From: Oligoflexia bacterium
GTDB taxonomy: Bacteria; Bdellovibrionota; Bdellovibrionia; JABDDW01
Assembly (NCBI GenBank): GCA_043732305.1
Contig: JAYTHU010000180.1
Coordinates: 1-10,021 of the forward strand
DNA length: 10,021 nt
Reading direction: 5' to 3'
The translations under genes and the position numbers were made by a program. The notes beneath the pieces are model-generated. The model made no database searches, was not told the DNA's origin, and worked only from the letters and a program-made list of their open reading frames with translations. Below, one piece after another: positions 7,654 through 10,021 of this stretch; within the stretch, counting starts at the first letter, position 1, and every line of letters begins with the position of its first letter.

Positions 7654-8752
7654 TATCAGCCTCTATATTTTCTAACACCGAGCGCATCTCCTCATCCATC
7701 CACGCCTTGGAGTGGCGGATGTACGCATGGACCGTTTGTCCCGTCACATGACCCAGCATTTGAATTAAAGTCGGAAGCTTTTCCGGAAAACGTTCAATAA
7801 ATCTTGTAGCAAAAAGACGTCTTAGCCAGTGCCATGCAAAATGCTCAAGCACTGGAAAATCATTTTTATTGGCACAAAATCTCATGCTCGCAATCGCTCT
7901 CTGTAAAGAGTTGTAATCAACAGGGCCACTATCGGTGGAAAAAAATAAATAGGGACTGGGATATCCTCTCAAGTGAGGCCTGTGGTTTTTAATAAAATAT
8001 CTCACCGTATCTCTGCTTAATGCCGGAAAAACCGTCAGCCTTGCTCTTTTCCCTGAACCCCTTGTCGCTTTTGCAAATCTTGTTTGAAGTTGGTGGCTAT
8101 CAAAAAATAAATCATGATTAAGTTCAAGGTGTGAGAGCTCATCGGCTCGCAGTCCGGTTTCTCCAGCTAAAACACACATCGTGTAGTTTCGAGACCGCTC
8201 GTGCAAATATCTTTTCAAGTTTGGATTGATGTAGTGATCTCTCAAAATTTCAAAAAACTTTAGGAGGTGCCCAGGCTCGATCGGAACTCCCTGTTGCTCA
8301 TCCCCGTAGGCGTGCACGGGGATGTCATACTCACTGACCGGCTGCTCGATTGGTCCATAAATTTCAGAGAGTCTTACGATTTTAAAATCGGAGGTGACGT
8401 ACGGGAACTCAAGAACAAAGCCAAAATAACTTCGCAAAGTTCCCACATATTTTCTTGCAGTATGGTTTGTGAGCTCCATGTCCCTTAAAGCCCGAGCGTA
8501 GTTCATGATTCTCTCTCGGCCATAAACCGGCCCCATCGCCTCCCACGTGTACAGAGGTCTAAATTCATTTCCATGGATGGAAAACCAGGATTTTAAAAAT
8601 CTTTTTATATCTTCAGTCGTTCTCTCCGAATGGTTTCGAACTCGGTGAGATTGAATAAATCCGGTGATGAGTTGATTATGATGCTCAAGAGCCAGCGCCC
8701 CATACGAGGGAAGTTCTGCCTTTTGTGTTTTTTGTGTCACTAATTTTAACAT
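7634..8752 (-). CDS. tyrosine recombinase/integrase (372 aa)
   Basis: Complete catalytic set: GLRADE, AKATRGSGKRAR, HWLRR, LGH, AY. The ATG directly abuts the upstream stop (TAAATG). Confidence 0.95.
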   Translation of the reverse strand: MLKLVTQKTQKAELPSYGALALEHHNQLITGFIQSHRVRNHSERTTEDIKRFLKSWFSIHGNEFRPLYTWEAMGPVYGRERIMNYARALRDMELTNHTARKYVGTLRSYFGFVLEFPYVTSDFKIVRLSEIYGPIEQPVSEYDIPVHAYGDEQQGVPIEPGHLLKFFEILRDHYINPNLKRYLHERSRNYTMCVLAGETGLRADELSHLELNHDLFFDSHQLQTRFAKATRGSGKRARLTVFPALSRDTVRYFIKNHRPHLRGYPSPYLFFSTDSGPVDYNSLQRAIASMRFCANKNDFPVLEHFAWHWLRRLFATRFIERFPEKLPTLIQMLGHVTGQTVHAYIRHSKAWMDEEMRSVLENIEADIDPLEI

Positions 8753-9076
8753 TTAGTCACCCCAGGGATTTGGAATTTCCCTCTGGTGAAGGAGGGATGA
8801 CACAAGAGCTAGTAAATTCTCGTCGTCTAAAATATCTAAGGCGTCTTTTAAACGTAAACCCCCTTCGCCGTTCCATAGATCCAGAGCAGCTTTAATTAAA
8901 AGATATTCCCCGCTACTAAATCCCCGTGCTTCAAGCAAAAGCACCCTGGCACAGGCTCTCATCTCAGGCTTTTTATGATTGAAAAAAAAGTAAATCAATC
9001 TTTCGTCATGACTGAAAAGTATCTGAATACTTGCGATTAAATGGGCCAATTCTAAATTCATTTGAAAACCTTTCAA
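8753..9076 (-). CDS. hypothetical protein (107 aa; ATG alternative at 9061)
   Basis: Helical-looking protein with FSSGEYLLIKAALDLWNG. Its stop abuts the integrase start, suggesting translational coupling. Confidence 0.75.
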   Translation of the reverse strand: MKGFQMNLELAHLIASIQILFSHDERLIYFFFNHKKPEMRACARVLLLEARGFSSGEYLLIKAALDLWNGEGGLRLKDALDILDDENLLALVSSLLHQREIPNPWGD

Positions 9077-9123
9077 AAATATTTACTTGAGCCATAAATA
9101 TTTCCAAAGATTCATACGGACCA

Positions 9124-9525
9124 TCAACTTGTTGACATAAATCTGTGCATCGTCATTTCGTCTAAACCTACTAAATCAGAAGCATTTTCCTCAGGCCAGA
9201 ACTTGTTTATTCGACGCACCCCAAGATCAAAAAGTGCTTTCTCTAAAAATTCGGAAAAATCACCGGTCTGAATTTGAACGCCCAACAGTTTTCTTCCTGT
9301 CTCAAAGCATTTTAAAAGCAGATACAGAAAACTCTGAATTCGCTTTCTCCTCTGAGATCGATTTACTTCATAATATTTCTTTCCCGGATAGTCTGATTGC
9401 TTACTGCGCCATTCTCGCTCGTTAGCTCTTTGCCTCTGATATTGGCATCCCGGTTTTTCACAACCTCTAGGATTTTTTACTTGCGGACGGGGGCAAAACT
9501 TGGATAAACAAAACTCGCAACACAT
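9124..9525 (-). CDS. small Cys-rich (putative Zn-finger) basic protein
   Basis: CEFC...PRPQVKNPRGC...GCQYQRQRANEREWR followed by a basic helix. First gene of the element B operon. Confidence 0.75.
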   Translation of the reverse strand: MCCEFCLSKFCPRPQVKNPRGCEKPGCQYQRQRANEREWRSKQSDYPGKKYYEVNRSQRRKRIQSFLYLLLKCFETGRKLLGVQIQTGDFSEFLEKALFDLGVRRINKFWPEENASDLVGLDEMTMHRFMSTS

Positions 9526-9590
9526 AGCATCTTCTTGATTTCAGAATTTCGTCGTTCAGATTCTTGGAGATGCTTTTTTATTCTAAATTT

Positions 9591-9615
9591 TAAACTCACA
9601 CTTTAGAATTTAAAC
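9591..9615. repeat. right subterminal inverted repeat of element B
   Basis: TAAACTCACACTTTAGAATTTAAAC, partner of 5246-5270, located in the operon leader. Confidence 0.85.
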
Positions 9616-9702
9616 CGAGAGAAAATATTCCCAGCTAAACATAGGATTTTATGTAGTCTTTTCAGGAATAAGAAAGGTCTAGCAAACGAGGAATAACCAG
9701 TT

Positions 9703-10021
9703 TTTTAACGCGGTCCGATATTAAATCCCTCTCGAGCTGTGCAATACTGGCTAGGATCGAAAAAATAGCCACACCTACCGCCGTATTCGTGTCTATCTTC
9801 TCAGAAAGACTCAGGAAATGGACTCCCTTCTTTTTGAAAATCTCTAACGCTCTTAGTAAATGCGTCGTAGATCTTGCGAACCTACTGAAACTATAAACGA
9901 CCACTGATGAGATCTCCCCCTTGTCGACTGCCTCCATCATGCGATCTAGAGCGGGACGATTGGATTTGGTCCCGCTGATCCCTTCGTCCAAAAAGAACTC
10001 TGCATTTTTGATTTCATTTTG
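9703..10021 (-). pseudogene. 5' fragment of serine recombinase (resolvase/invertase family), start off-window, interrupted by element B
   Basis: Frame is open from 10021: QNEIKNAEFFLDEGISGTKSNRPALDRMM...VVVYSFSRFARS...SLSEKIDT...AQLERDLISDRVK. Similarity ends abruptly and a stop follows at 9662 inside the element. Confidence 0.92.

Larger units (their letters stand above)
5107..9702 (-). mobile_element. Element B: tyrosine recombinase + HTH + degenerate-integrase element (4596 bp)
   Basis: Removing it joins ...SDRVK to N-GLANARAKG in frame (junction ambiguous by 1 bp). It has five co-oriented genes, a subterminal 25-bp IR, a near-terminal 8-bp IR TCGTTTGC (5114-5121 / 9682-9689) and no TSD. 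Confidence 0.88.

Noticed and set aside
2132..9425. Short ORFs 2132-2314, 3020-3220, 3073-3354, 3100-3315, 4265-4492, 4998-5195, 6971-7165, 8267-8488, 9234-9425
   Set aside because: They overlap well-supported genes in other frames or strands and carry no motifs.
1..10021. CRISPR array or other regularly spaced repeat array
   Set aside because: No periodic direct repeats were seen in any intergenic region.

Overview
This window is a dense cluster of mobile elements. At the left edge is the 5' part of an IS91/ISCR-family rolling-circle (HUH) transposase (minus strand, start 700), which the ORF track misses, followed by a probably exported hypothetical protein. The main structure is one minus-strand serine recombinase (resolvase/invertase) gene that appears split into three in-frame pieces (>10021-9703, 5106-4956, 2018-1796) by two different tyrosine-recombinase elements inserted about 150 bp apart in convergent orientation. 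Element A (~2019-4955, +) has 11-bp terminal inverted repeats and encodes a small Cys-rich protein and two tyrosine recombinases with complete catalytic sites. Element B (5107-9702, -) has a 25-bp subterminal inverted repeat. It encodes a small Cys-rich protein, a hypothetical protein, a complete tyrosine recombinase, a Cro/C1 HTH protein and a 691-aa internally duplicated Zn-finger/integrase-like protein that appears catalytically dead. Neither element shows a target-site duplication, and removing both restores a continuous resolvase reading frame. Family assignments come from motif recognition by eye, not from database searches.
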